This document shows positions 31,481 to 40,181 of a DNA stretch of 64,000 bases, one piece after another (the stretch's first letter is position 1; each line of letters starts with the position of its first letter). Position numbers and translations under genes: made by a program. The stretch is from an uncultured Aliarcobacter sp. (GTDB taxonomy: Bacteria > Campylobacterota > Campylobacteria > Campylobacterales > Arcobacteraceae), in the NCBI GenBank assembly GCA_963677435.1, contig OY781945.1, positions 64,001-128,000 on the forward strand, in the 5' to 3' direction. The notes under the pieces are model-generated. The model worked only from the letters and a program-made list of their open reading frames with translations, did no database searches and had not been told where the DNA came from.

Positions 31481-32592
31481 TATATTCCAATTTGAGTAAG
31501 AATTACTGAGAAAATCGCATTTAAAGCAATTACCACAAAAATAGCATTTACTACACTTATTGTGGTAAATTTTCCTATACTTGTAGTGTTATTTTGTACT
31601 TGAAAACCTCTATAACATCCAATTATCGCAATTGCCATTCCAAAAAATACAGATTTAAAAACTCCAATTAACAGATGTTTTAAGGGAACTTCTTGTCCCA
31701 TTCTATTTATAAATTCTGAAAAAGTAATATCTAAATTAGTGTACGCAACTACCATTCCACCCAATATTCCTATCATATCTGCAAAAAATACCAATAAAGG
31801 CAAAGCAATTAATAAAGCAAAAATTCGAGGTAATACCAAAAAAAGTACTGGCTCAAAATCCATAGTTCTCATGGCATCAATTTCATCAGTTATTTTCATA
31901 GCTCCAATTTCAGCAGCGTAAGAACTAGCACTTCGTCCAGCAATTACAATAGCAGTTACCAAAGGAGCGATTTCTCTAAACATTGTAATAGAAATCATCT
32001 CAACTATAAAAATATTTGCTCCAAATTTCTCAAGTTGAACAGCTCCTTGATAAGCAATTACAACTCCCACCAAAAAAGATGTTGTTCCCACAATCAAAAG
32101 AGCATTTACAGCAGAACTATCGATATATTTTAACATCGCTTTAAATCGTATTTTATTTGGATTAAAAAGTGAATATATTAAATAATAAAAGACTTTTCCC
32201 ACAAAACTTATAAAATCTACACTTGAAAGGTAAAATTCATGGGTTTTTTTGCCGATATTTTCTATTAGATTTTTTTTGATTTTTGTATCTTGATTATTAG
32301 TTTGATAATGTTTTTCATAAAATTTATAAATATCTTCAAAAGAGTTTAGATTTTTTAGTGTTATATTCTCTTGTGGGAAAGTTTTAAAAAAAGAGATAAA
32401 GTAAATAAATCCTGCATTATCACACTCTTTTAGTTTTTCAAAGTTTACGATTAGTTTTGAGTCTTTTTTAATATTTAATTTTTTTAAGGATTGGATATTT
32501 TTAGTTAATGTTTGTTTATTCCAATTATTTATTAAAAAAAGCTCAATAGTGTTATTATCTAATTTTTTTAGTTCAAGAGCAGAATCTTTCAT
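31480..32592 (-). CDS. MlaE-like permease with N-terminal STAS-like region
   Basis: REIAPLVTAIVIAGR, EIGAMKITDEIDAM, TTISVV. Confidence 0.9.
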   Translation of the reverse strand: MKDSALELKKLDNNTIELFLINNWNKQTLTKNIQSLKKLNIKKDSKLIVNFEKLKECDNAGFIYFISFFKTFPQENITLKNLNSFEDIYKFYEKHYQTNNQDTKIKKNLIENIGKKTHEFYLSSVDFISFVGKVFYYLIYSLFNPNKIRFKAMLKYIDSSAVNALLIVGTTSFLVGVVIAYQGAVQLEKFGANIFIVEMISITMFREIAPLVTAIVIAGRSASSYAAEIGAMKITDEIDAMRTMDFEPVLFLVLPRIFALLIALPLLVFFADMIGILGGMVVAYTNLDITFSEFINRMGQEVPLKHLLIGVFKSVFFGMAIAIIGCYRGFQVQNNTTSIGKFTTISVVNAIFVVIALNAIFSVILTQIGI

Positions 32593-32690
32593 AAAACTAT
32601 TTTCCTCCTTAATAACAATTACTAATTTATATTATAGTTAGATTTTAGCATATTGTTCACCCTAAAAACATTAAAAAATAACAATAACAA

Positions 32691-32706
32691 AGGTACAAAA
32701 ATTGCA
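32691..32706 (+). promoter_or_regulatory. sigma54 (-24/-12) type promoter
   Basis: aGGTACAAAAATTGCA: GG-N10-GC with TTGCA, matching the TGGCAC-N5-TTGCW consensus. Confidence 0.6.
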
Positions 32707-32717
32707 TACATAAATCC

Positions 32718-33281
32718 ATGGATGAAAAATATAAATTAGAAAATTACGAACGATTTTTTGGCGAGTTCAGAGAACATGGCGCACACTGGGATAAAATAGA
32801 AAAAAGAACGGCTACTTTGTTTCAAGTACTTATTGATGGGGACTTAAAAGAGCTTGTTTTTGTTTTAAAGTATTATCCAAAATATATAGAAATAGTTTGT
32901 GACCATTTTAGATATTTGTACAACTATTCAGCCCAAGAAGCTGATATATTTGCAGCCTCAAAACTTTTAGAGTTAAGTGAGGGTTATCATCAAAAACAGT
33001 TTGTACGAAATTTATTGCGAAAACTAAGCAAAATTGATGAATTTGATATATCCCAATTAAATGCTTTTTTAAATGATTTAATAAAAGACAAAGAGAGACT
33101 TCATCCTATAATTTTGAGTTATTACAAAAATCAAATTGAAAAAAATATTAAAGAAAATAACTACCACAAACTACAAGTTAAGGTTATAGAAAAAAATTTA
33201 GAAAAACTTCCAGTAAATAGTGATTTTGATTTTAGTGCAAACGATAGGGATGCGAACTTAGATATTCCATATATGGATTAA
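32718..33281 (+). CDS. hypothetical protein (soluble, 187 aa)
   Basis: Long ORF filling the gap; no recognised motif. Confidence 0.8.
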   Translation: MDEKYKLENYERFFGEFREHGAHWDKIEKRTATLFQVLIDGDLKELVFVLKYYPKYIEIVCDHFRYLYNYSAQEADIFAASKLLELSEGYHQKQFVRNLLRKLSKIDEFDISQLNAFLNDLIKDKERLHPIILSYYKNQIEKNIKENNYHKLQVKVIEKNLEKLPVNSDFDFSANDRDANLDIPYMD

Positions 33282-33290
33282 GGAGAAAAA

Positions 33291-33647
33291 ATGGATTTTT
33301 TTAAAAAGGCTTATGATTGGGCACTAACACACAACTTTGAAGAAATTGAAATTGATTATGCTTCAAAACTAGCTTTAAAAATGTTAGATGATAGTTGCCA
33401 AATGACTTCACACGATAGGGAAGTTTTTTTTAATGTTTATGATGCACTTTGTGATAGAGTTGATATAAATTTAGATGATGATGTAAATCATCTTATCCAA
33501 GCAGCAAGAGATAGAACAACCATCTACTCAAAACCAGAACTTGCAAATATTGTTCATGCTTGTAAAGAAGAGATTATTCCAAATATGCTAAGAGTTCACA
33601 TGAAAGCTTTTAAAGCTATGGTTAGAAAAAATATAAATATGCAATAA
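33291..33647 (+). CDS. hypothetical protein (118 aa)
   Basis: Strong RBS AAGGAG; no recognised motif. Confidence 0.8.
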   Translation: MDFFKKAYDWALTHNFEEIEIDYASKLALKMLDDSCQMTSHDREVFFNVYDALCDRVDINLDDDVNHLIQAARDRTTIYSKPELANIVHACKEEIIPNMLRVHMKAFKAMVRKNINMQ

Positions 33648-33737
33648 TTTTTTAGGGTAATTTTTTTATTTTGTTATTATAAATTTATCCTTTTTGTACT
33701 ATACTATTTTCTACGAAATCCTACATAAAGGAACTTT

Positions 33738-34694
33738 GTGAAAAAGTTACTTCTACTTTTACCTATTTGCTTATTATATTTTACTGGTTGTTTCCAAGAA
33801 ACAAAAAAAACTAAATTTTATGGAAATGTTGATGTTAGAACTGTCTCTTTAGCTTTTAGAGTTTCAGGAAGAGTTGATACTTTAAATTTTGATGAGGGTC
33901 AAAAATTAAAAAAAGGTGACATAATTGCCACCATTGAAAACTCTATTTTTAAAGAAAACCTAAATCAAATGGATGCTCAAATAAAACTTCAAGAGATTCA
34001 AATTCAAAAACTTGAAAAAGGTTATAGATTTGAAGATATAGAAAAAGCAAAAGCAAAACTCGATGAAGTAAAAGCAAATCTAGATAAAACAAATAAAGAT
34101 TTCAAAAGAGCAGAAGAACTTTCTAAAACAAAATCAATCTCAGTACAATCTTATGATGATGCAAAAGCCTTAGCTTTGGATTTACAAGCCCAATATGATT
34201 ATGCAAAAAGCTCTTTAGAACTTCTTCAAAATGGTTATGAAAAAGAGGATATCTTAAGCGCTAAAGCAACACTAGAATCCCTAAAAGCCCAAAGAAATAT
34301 CTTACAAATAAATTATGATGATACCGTTTTATATTCACCTGTTGATGGAACAATCATCACAAAAGTATATGAACCAGGCTCAATAGTAAATAGTTCTCAA
34401 ACTGTTGTAGAGATTGCAAAAAGTGATGATTATTGGGTAAGAAGTTATTTAAGTGAAAAATATTTAGGTCTTGTAAAAGCTGGAATGAAAGCAGTTATCA
34501 CAACAGATGGAAATAAAACTTATGAAGGAGTTGTGAGTTTTATCTCCCCACTTGCAGAATTCACACCAAAAACTGTGCAAACAGAAGATTTACGAACTGA
34601 TTTGGTTTACAGATTTAGAATTATTGTAAAGAATGTTGATGATAATCTAAAACAAGGAATGCCAGTAACCATCACTTTCCCTGAAATCAACTAA
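33738..34694 (+). CDS. HlyD/YbhG-like membrane fusion protein
   Basis: Lipobox FTGC, YGNVDVR, coiled coil, AEFTPKTVQT..LR..LVYR. Confidence 0.9.
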   Translation: MKKLLLLLPICLLYFTGCFQETKKTKFYGNVDVRTVSLAFRVSGRVDTLNFDEGQKLKKGDIIATIENSIFKENLNQMDAQIKLQEIQIQKLEKGYRFEDIEKAKAKLDEVKANLDKTNKDFKRAEELSKTKSISVQSYDDAKALALDLQAQYDYAKSSLELLQNGYEKEDILSAKATLESLKAQRNILQINYDDTVLYSPVDGTIITKVYEPGSIVNSSQTVVEIAKSDDYWVRSYLSEKYLGLVKAGMKAVITTDGNKTYEGVVSFISPLAEFTPKTVQTEDLRTDLVYRFRIIVKNVDDNLKQGMPVTITFPEIN

Positions 34695-34695
34695 T

Positions 34696-36396
34696 ATGTC
34701 AATACTTTCAATAAAAAATCTCTCAAAAAGTTTTGATAAACAAAAGGCCTTAAATAACATATCTTTTGATATAAAACCAAATAAAATCACAGGAATCGTT
34801 GGACCTGATGGTGCAGGAAAAACTACCCTTTTGAGGATTTTAAGTGGCCTTTTAACCTATGAAGCCAAAAATATAGAGATTTTAGATTTAGATTTGCAAA
34901 CAAATATTCATATTATTCAAGAACAAATAGGTTATATGCCTCAGAAATTTGGTTTATATGAGGATTTAAGTGTGGAAGAAAACTTACGATTGTTTGCAGA
35001 TTTACAATCAATTCCTTTAGATAATCTTCAAAATAGAATAGATGAGTTACTTCATTTTACTTCCCTTTTTAAATTTAAAAATTTTCTTGCAAAAAATCTT
35101 TCGGGTGGAATGAAACAAAAACTAGGACTTGCAAGTGCCTTGATTAAAAAACCAAAACTCCTACTTCTTGATGAACCAGGAGTTGGAGTTGACCCCATTT
35201 CAAGAAAAGAGCTTTGGAGTATGGTTGAAAATCTCACAAAAGAGAATGTAACTGTTTTATGGAGTACAGCTTATCTTGATGAAGCTGAACTTTGTGATGA
35301 AGTTTTACTTTTAAATGAGGGTGATATTCTTTTTTTTGGTAATCCAGATATTTTAAAAGATGGTATGAAAGATAGAGTTTTTGACATAGTTGGAGATATA
35401 AAAGACAAAAGAGAAACTCTTCAATTAGCTTTAAAATATGATTATATAAAAGATGCTTTGATTTTAGGAAATAGTATAAAAGTCATTTGCGATGAATCAC
35501 TAAAGTTACCAGAACTAAAAGATATAAAAGCTTCAAATTGTGTTTATGAAAAAGCAATTCCTACTTTTGAAGATGGTTTTATGAATATTTTAAAAGCCAA
35601 TTTTGATGGTATTTCAAAACTTGCAGAACAGATAAAGTTTATAGAAACCACAGAAGAAAATGTTATCGAAGTTAAAAATCTTACTAAAAAGTTTGGCTCT
35701 TTTACAGCAACAGATGACATAAGTTTTAAGATAAAAAAAGGACAAATATTTGGACTTCTTGGACCAAATGGAGCTGGAAAATCTACAACTTTTAAAATGC
35801 TTTGTGGTTTACTAAAACCCTCAAGTGGAGAAGCAAGTGTTTTGGGTTATAACTTTATGAACTCCTCTTTAAAAGCTAGATGGAGAATTGGTTATATGTC
35901 TCAAAAGTTTTCACTTTATGCTGATATTAGTGTTTTTGAAAATCTAAAATTTTATGCAGGTATTTATGGACTAAAACATGAAAAGAAGAAAGAAAAAATA
36001 ACTAATATGTTAGAAATTTTTGATTTGAATAGATTTAAAAATACTCAAGCAAAAGATTTACCCTTAGGATATAAACAACGACTTGCCCTTGCTTGTGCAG
36101 TTATGCACGACCCAGCTGTACTTTTTTTGGATGAGCCCACAAGTGGAGTTGACCCAATCACAAGAAGAGAGTTTTGGAATCATATTTACGCAATGGTGCA
36201 AAAAGGAATGACAATTATGGTTACCACTCACTTTATGCAAGAAGCAGAATATTGTGACCAAATAGCTTTGATTTACAAAGGAAAAGCAATTGCCATTGAT
36301 TCACCCCACGAATTAATCTTAAAAGTCTCACCAAATGCAACTATGCAAGAGGCATTTATCGAACTTATAAAAAGAAGTGACGATGATGAAATTTAG
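34696..36396 (+). CDS. duplicated-domain ABC ATPase (YbhF-like)
   Basis: Two Walker A motifs (GPDGAGKT, GPNGAGKS), LSGGMKQKL, DEPTSGVDP. Confidence 0.92.
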   Translation: MSILSIKNLSKSFDKQKALNNISFDIKPNKITGIVGPDGAGKTTLLRILSGLLTYEAKNIEILDLDLQTNIHIIQEQIGYMPQKFGLYEDLSVEENLRLFADLQSIPLDNLQNRIDELLHFTSLFKFKNFLAKNLSGGMKQKLGLASALIKKPKLLLLDEPGVGVDPISRKELWSMVENLTKENVTVLWSTAYLDEAELCDEVLLLNEGDILFFGNPDILKDGMKDRVFDIVGDIKDKRETLQLALKYDYIKDALILGNSIKVICDESLKLPELKDIKASNCVYEKAIPTFEDGFMNILKANFDGISKLAEQIKFIETTEENVIEVKNLTKKFGSFTATDDISFKIKKGQIFGLLGPNGAGKSTTFKMLCGLLKPSSGEASVLGYNFMNSSLKARWRIGYMSQKFSLYADISVFENLKFYAGIYGLKHEKKKEKITNMLEIFDLNRFKNTQAKDLPLGYKQRLALACAVMHDPAVLFLDEPTSGVDPITRREFWNHIYAMVQKGMTIMVTTHFMQEAEYCDQIALIYKGKAIAIDSPHELILKVSPNATMQEAFIELIKRSDDDEI

Positions 36397-37495
36397 AAGA
36401 TTCAAAGCTTTATTTATAAAAGAGAGTTACCAAATCATAAGAGATCCTAGCTCAATATTAATAGCTGTAGTTTTGCCTTTGATTTTACTTTTTTTGATGG
36501 GTTATGCAATTTCACTTGACTCAAAAAATATTCCTGTTGGTGTGGTAGTGGAACAATCTTCAAAATACTCTATGAGTTTTTTAAATGCCTTTAGAATGTC
36601 AAATAGTTTTAATGTACAAGTAGGAAATAATCGAATGGATTTTGAAGATAAACTTCAAGAAGGAACTATTCGTGCCATAATAGTTATTCCCTCAACTTTT
36701 GCCAAAGATTTAGAGACACAAAATACAAAAATCCAAGTCCTAGCAGATGGAAGTGAACCAAACATCGCAGGTTTTGTTCAAAAATATACAAATGGAGTTT
36801 GGAGTAACTGGCTTGTTCAAGAGGGTTTTACTAAAAAATCAACTAGCTCATCTTTGGATATTCAAACAAGATATTGGTTTAACGCTCCACTTCTTAGCTC
36901 ATATTTTTTATTACCAGGTTCAATTGCTATTATCTTAACTCTAATTGGTACTCTTTTAACGGCTTTAGTGGTTGCTAGAGAGTGGGAAAGAGGAACGATG
37001 GAAGCCATCATGTCCACACCAATAACAATCACGGAACTACTTTTAGGAAAAGTTTTGCCCTACTTTGTACTTGCTATGATTTCGATGTTTATTTGTGTTT
37101 GTATTGCTATATTTTGGTTTGAGATACCATTTAGAGGTTCTGTTTTTTTACTTGTTCTTACCTCATCTTTGTATTTAATTCCTGCACTTGGTCTTGGGCT
37201 TTTGATTTCAACACTAGCAAAAAATCAGTTTGTGGCAGCTCAAGCTGCACTTTTAGTTGGATTTTTACCAGCTTTTTTACTTTCTGGTTTTATCTTTCAA
37301 ATCAGCAGTATGCCAGTATGGCTTCAATATTTAACCCACATTATTCCAGCTAGATATTTTATAGAGATTTTGCAATGTATATTTTTAAGTGGAGATATTT
37401 ACGAAGTTATTCTTCCAAATGTAATAGCCATGTTAGTGGTGGGAATTGTTATCTTTTCTATCATATTTAAAATTACAAGAAAAAGGTTGGACTGA
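36383..37495 (+). CDS. ABC-2 permease (YbhS-like)
   Basis: KESYQIIRDP, AREWERGTME. Confidence 0.9.
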   Translation: MMKFRRFKALFIKESYQIIRDPSSILIAVVLPLILLFLMGYAISLDSKNIPVGVVVEQSSKYSMSFLNAFRMSNSFNVQVGNNRMDFEDKLQEGTIRAIIVIPSTFAKDLETQNTKIQVLADGSEPNIAGFVQKYTNGVWSNWLVQEGFTKKSTSSSLDIQTRYWFNAPLLSSYFLLPGSIAIILTLIGTLLTALVVAREWERGTMEAIMSTPITITELLLGKVLPYFVLAMISMFICVCIAIFWFEIPFRGSVFLLVLTSSLYLIPALGLGLLISTLAKNQFVAAQAALLVGFLPAFLLSGFIFQISSMPVWLQYLTHIIPARYFIEILQCIFLSGDIYEVILPNVIAMLVVGIVIFSIIFKITRKRLD

Positions 37496-38589
37496 TGGTT
37501 TGGATTTTTCAATTATTAGCTTTGATGAAAAAAGAGTTTTTAGCCATTTGGAGTGATAAAAAATCTAGAACTATTATTATAATTCCACCTTTAATGCAAC
37601 TTTTTCTTTTTTCTTTTGCAGTTACACTTGAAGTAAAAAATATAGATATTGCAGTTTTAGATAGAGACAATAGTGTAAAAAGCCAAGAGATAATAAGAAA
37701 TTTATCTTATAGCAACTCTTTTACAAATATCTATAGATTAGATAGCCAAGAACAACTAAAAGAGTATATAGATACTCAAAAAGTTTTATTAGCTATTTCT
37801 ATTCCTCAAAATTTCGCTCAAAAAATAGCAAAAGATGAAGATGTAACAATACAAATCATAGGCGATGGAAGAAAATCAAATAGCGCCCAAATTGCCCAAA
37901 GTTATGTGCAATTAGCTATTTCAAAAGTAGTAAACAAACAATCAATATCAAACACAATAATTAACCGAAATTTATACAATCCAAACCTAGATAACTTTTG
38001 GTGGATACTTCCAAATCTAATGGGAAGTTTATCAATGCTAATCGCTTTATTATTAACAGCATTATCAGTTGCAAGGGAGAGAGAATTAGGAACTTTTGAG
38101 CAACTTTTAGTTTCACCTCTTTCTTCAACCCTTTTAATAATTGGAAAAACAATTCCACCACTTTTAATAAGTGCATTTGAAGCTATTATCATATATCTTG
38201 TGGCAATAACATATTTTGAAGTTCCCTTTGTAGGCTCAATGCTCATACTTTTTTTAGGATTACTTGCTTTTTTATTTTCAATAGTTGGACTTGGACTTTT
38301 TATCTCTTCAATCTCATCAACCCAACAACAAGGGATTTTGGGTGCATTTGTGCTAATGGTTCCATATATTTTGATGTCAGGGTTTGCAACACCAGTTGAA
38401 AACATGCCCCAATGGTTAATCCCATTTACTGATGTTATCTCTTTAAAATATTTCTTGATTTTATTAAAAGGTGTATTCCTAAAAGATATAAGTTTTGATA
38501 TGGCTATTTCACTAATAGTTCCAATGTTGGCTTTAGGTTTTATATCCTTGATTTTTGCCTCGTGGATGTTTAGGAAAAAGATTCAATAG
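37495..38589 (+). CDS. ABC-2 permease (YbhR-like)
   Basis: KEFLAI, ARERELGTFEQLLVSP, TPVENMP. Confidence 0.9.
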   Translation: MVWIFQLLALMKKEFLAIWSDKKSRTIIIIPPLMQLFLFSFAVTLEVKNIDIAVLDRDNSVKSQEIIRNLSYSNSFTNIYRLDSQEQLKEYIDTQKVLLAISIPQNFAQKIAKDEDVTIQIIGDGRKSNSAQIAQSYVQLAISKVVNKQSISNTIINRNLYNPNLDNFWWILPNLMGSLSMLIALLLTALSVARERELGTFEQLLVSPLSSTLLIIGKTIPPLLISAFEAIIIYLVAITYFEVPFVGSMLILFLGLLAFLFSIVGLGLFISSISSTQQQGILGAFVLMVPYILMSGFATPVENMPQWLIPFTDVISLKYFLILLKGVFLKDISFDMAISLIVPMLALGFISLIFASWMFRKKIQ

Positions 38590-38612
38590 GAAAGATTCTT
38601 AGGGTTGAATCT

Positions 38613-39518
38613 TTATATCAAATCTAACTCTTCACTTATGTCTTTGATTAGTTTTGAAAGTGGGCGTTTGTTTATGTCTTTATCATCTATGTATCCACCA
38701 GTTATGTGTCTTAAAACATCTTCACGGTTTTTGAATAATGTTCCCTCATATTGATGAAATAAATCATCAATATAAGAGTCAGGATAAATCTCTCTTTTTT
38801 GGATTAATTCTAAAACTATATCTTTATGTTCTTGATATAAAGTTTCTAAAGCAAAATCTTCTTTTATTTTTTTTGCTTTATCATCTATTGTTTCAAGTTT
38901 TAAATCAAAGCCTTTTTCATCATAAAAAAATTTACTATTTATAATTTTTAATCTGAATTTTGCATAATCATTAAAACTATCTTTGTATGGATGAAGATGT
39001 GTAATTGTTGAGAATTTAGCTGTACTTTTCAATCTTGAATTACACAAAATACAAGATGGTATCAAATTATAAAATGACAAGGCTAAAACAGGATGTGTTC
39101 CTTTGTCATAAAAATGGTCAAAATCAGGCCTTGTCGATTTACTATTTTTATCTTTTATTGTAAAAGTATAATTTCTATTACAATAAGGACAAACATTTAT
39201 TTTTAGTTTTTGAGCTAAATCATAAGCATTATAAGTAGTAGTTCCTTTTGATGAAAATTTGGTATATCCAATACTTCCACCACAATCTTTCCCACCAACA
39301 AATGCTTTTTTTAATCTGCTATTGTCGATATTATTTTGTTTTATTATAGATATAACTTTTTCAAATTCTTCAGGTTTAGCTTTTAAAATATATTCAATAT
39401 TTTGTTTTATAAAAGATTTTTCTCTGTTTTGTAAAACTTCAAAATTTATATATTGTTGTACTTTTTCTACATGATTTTTTAAAATCTCTTCTTCATTCTC
39501 AAAATGGATTTTAATCAT
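38613..39518 (-). CDS. HNH endonuclease (Septu PtuB-like)
   Basis: CPYCN...DFDHFYDK..HP.LALSFYNLIPSCILCN: two CxxC pairs plus DH/N/N HNH core. Confidence 0.85.
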   Translation of the reverse strand: MIKIHFENEEEILKNHVEKVQQYINFEVLQNREKSFIKQNIEYILKAKPEEFEKVISIIKQNNIDNSRLKKAFVGGKDCGGSIGYTKFSSKGTTTYNAYDLAQKLKINVCPYCNRNYTFTIKDKNSKSTRPDFDHFYDKGTHPVLALSFYNLIPSCILCNSRLKSTAKFSTITHLHPYKDSFNDYAKFRLKIINSKFFYDEKGFDLKLETIDDKAKKIKEDFALETLYQEHKDIVLELIQKREIYPDSYIDDLFHQYEGTLFKNREDVLRHITGGYIDDKDINKRPLSKLIKDISEELDLI

Positions 39519-39871
39519 TATTCAAAATCAACACTAAGTTTTAAGATCTTCTCTTCAAGTTCTTCTAATCCACTTCTTAAAATATCTTCTACTATTTCTA
39601 ATCTAACTCTTTCATAATCGTGAGCTATAAAGTTCCTTACATCATAAGAGCCTTTGGCTTCTTGTTCTAAATCATATTTTTTGATTATATCTTTATCGAT
39701 TTTATTTAGACTTTCGCCAATTTGAAGTAAGGCCATCAAGATTGCAGGTTGGGCTTCAAGTTCATCTTCTAAAGCTCTTACAATTCCTCCATGTTTTGTG
39801 ATAATTCTTTTAATGTTATCTATCATTTTTAAGATAAATTTTGTTTTTGCATAAACTGAAATATTAGACAT
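39518..39871 (-). CDS. HEPN/DUF86 (HepT-like) ribonuclease toxin
   Basis: RNFIAHDY = RX4HXY motif; QIGE; 117 aa. Confidence 0.88.
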   Translation of the reverse strand: MSNISVYAKTKFILKMIDNIKRIITKHGGIVRALEDELEAQPAILMALLQIGESLNKIDKDIIKKYDLEQEAKGSYDVRNFIAHDYERVRLEIVEDILRSGLEELEEKILKLSVDFE

Positions 39872-40181
39872 ATTTCACTTCTTTTAAAATAAACTCTTTC
39901 CCTATCTCATTTAAAGAGTCTTTATCTACAAAATCAACCTCTTTGTTTAACTCATTTTTTAAAAACTCTTTTGTATCTGCAAGTTTTGAAAAAGCACTAA
40001 AACCTTTGTATTTTCCCATAAACTCTTTTATGTCTTTTATCTCATAAAGTATGTCTATATCGCTATTGTTTGTATAATCACCTCTAGCGTAAGAACCAAA
40101 AACTCCAAGAATATTTATGCCATCATTAGAAAGAGTTGGTTTAATAAGTCTTAGTTTTTCATAAATATCATTTATACTCAT
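39864..40181 (-). CDS. minimal nucleotidyltransferase (MntA-like antitoxin)
   Basis: GSYARGDYTNNSDID = GSX10DXD, third Asp in VDFV; 105 aa. Confidence 0.9.
   Translation of the reverse strand: MSINDIYEKLRLIKPTLSNDGINILGVFGSYARGDYTNNSDIDILYEIKDIKEFMGKYKGFSAFSKLADTKEFLKNELNKEVDFVDKDSLNEIGKEFILKEVKYV

Noticed and set aside
32654..32670. TGT...ACA dyad as a NifA upstream activator site
   Set aside because: Spacing is N11 rather than N10, and it lies only about 20 bp from the -24 element, too close for a typical enhancer.
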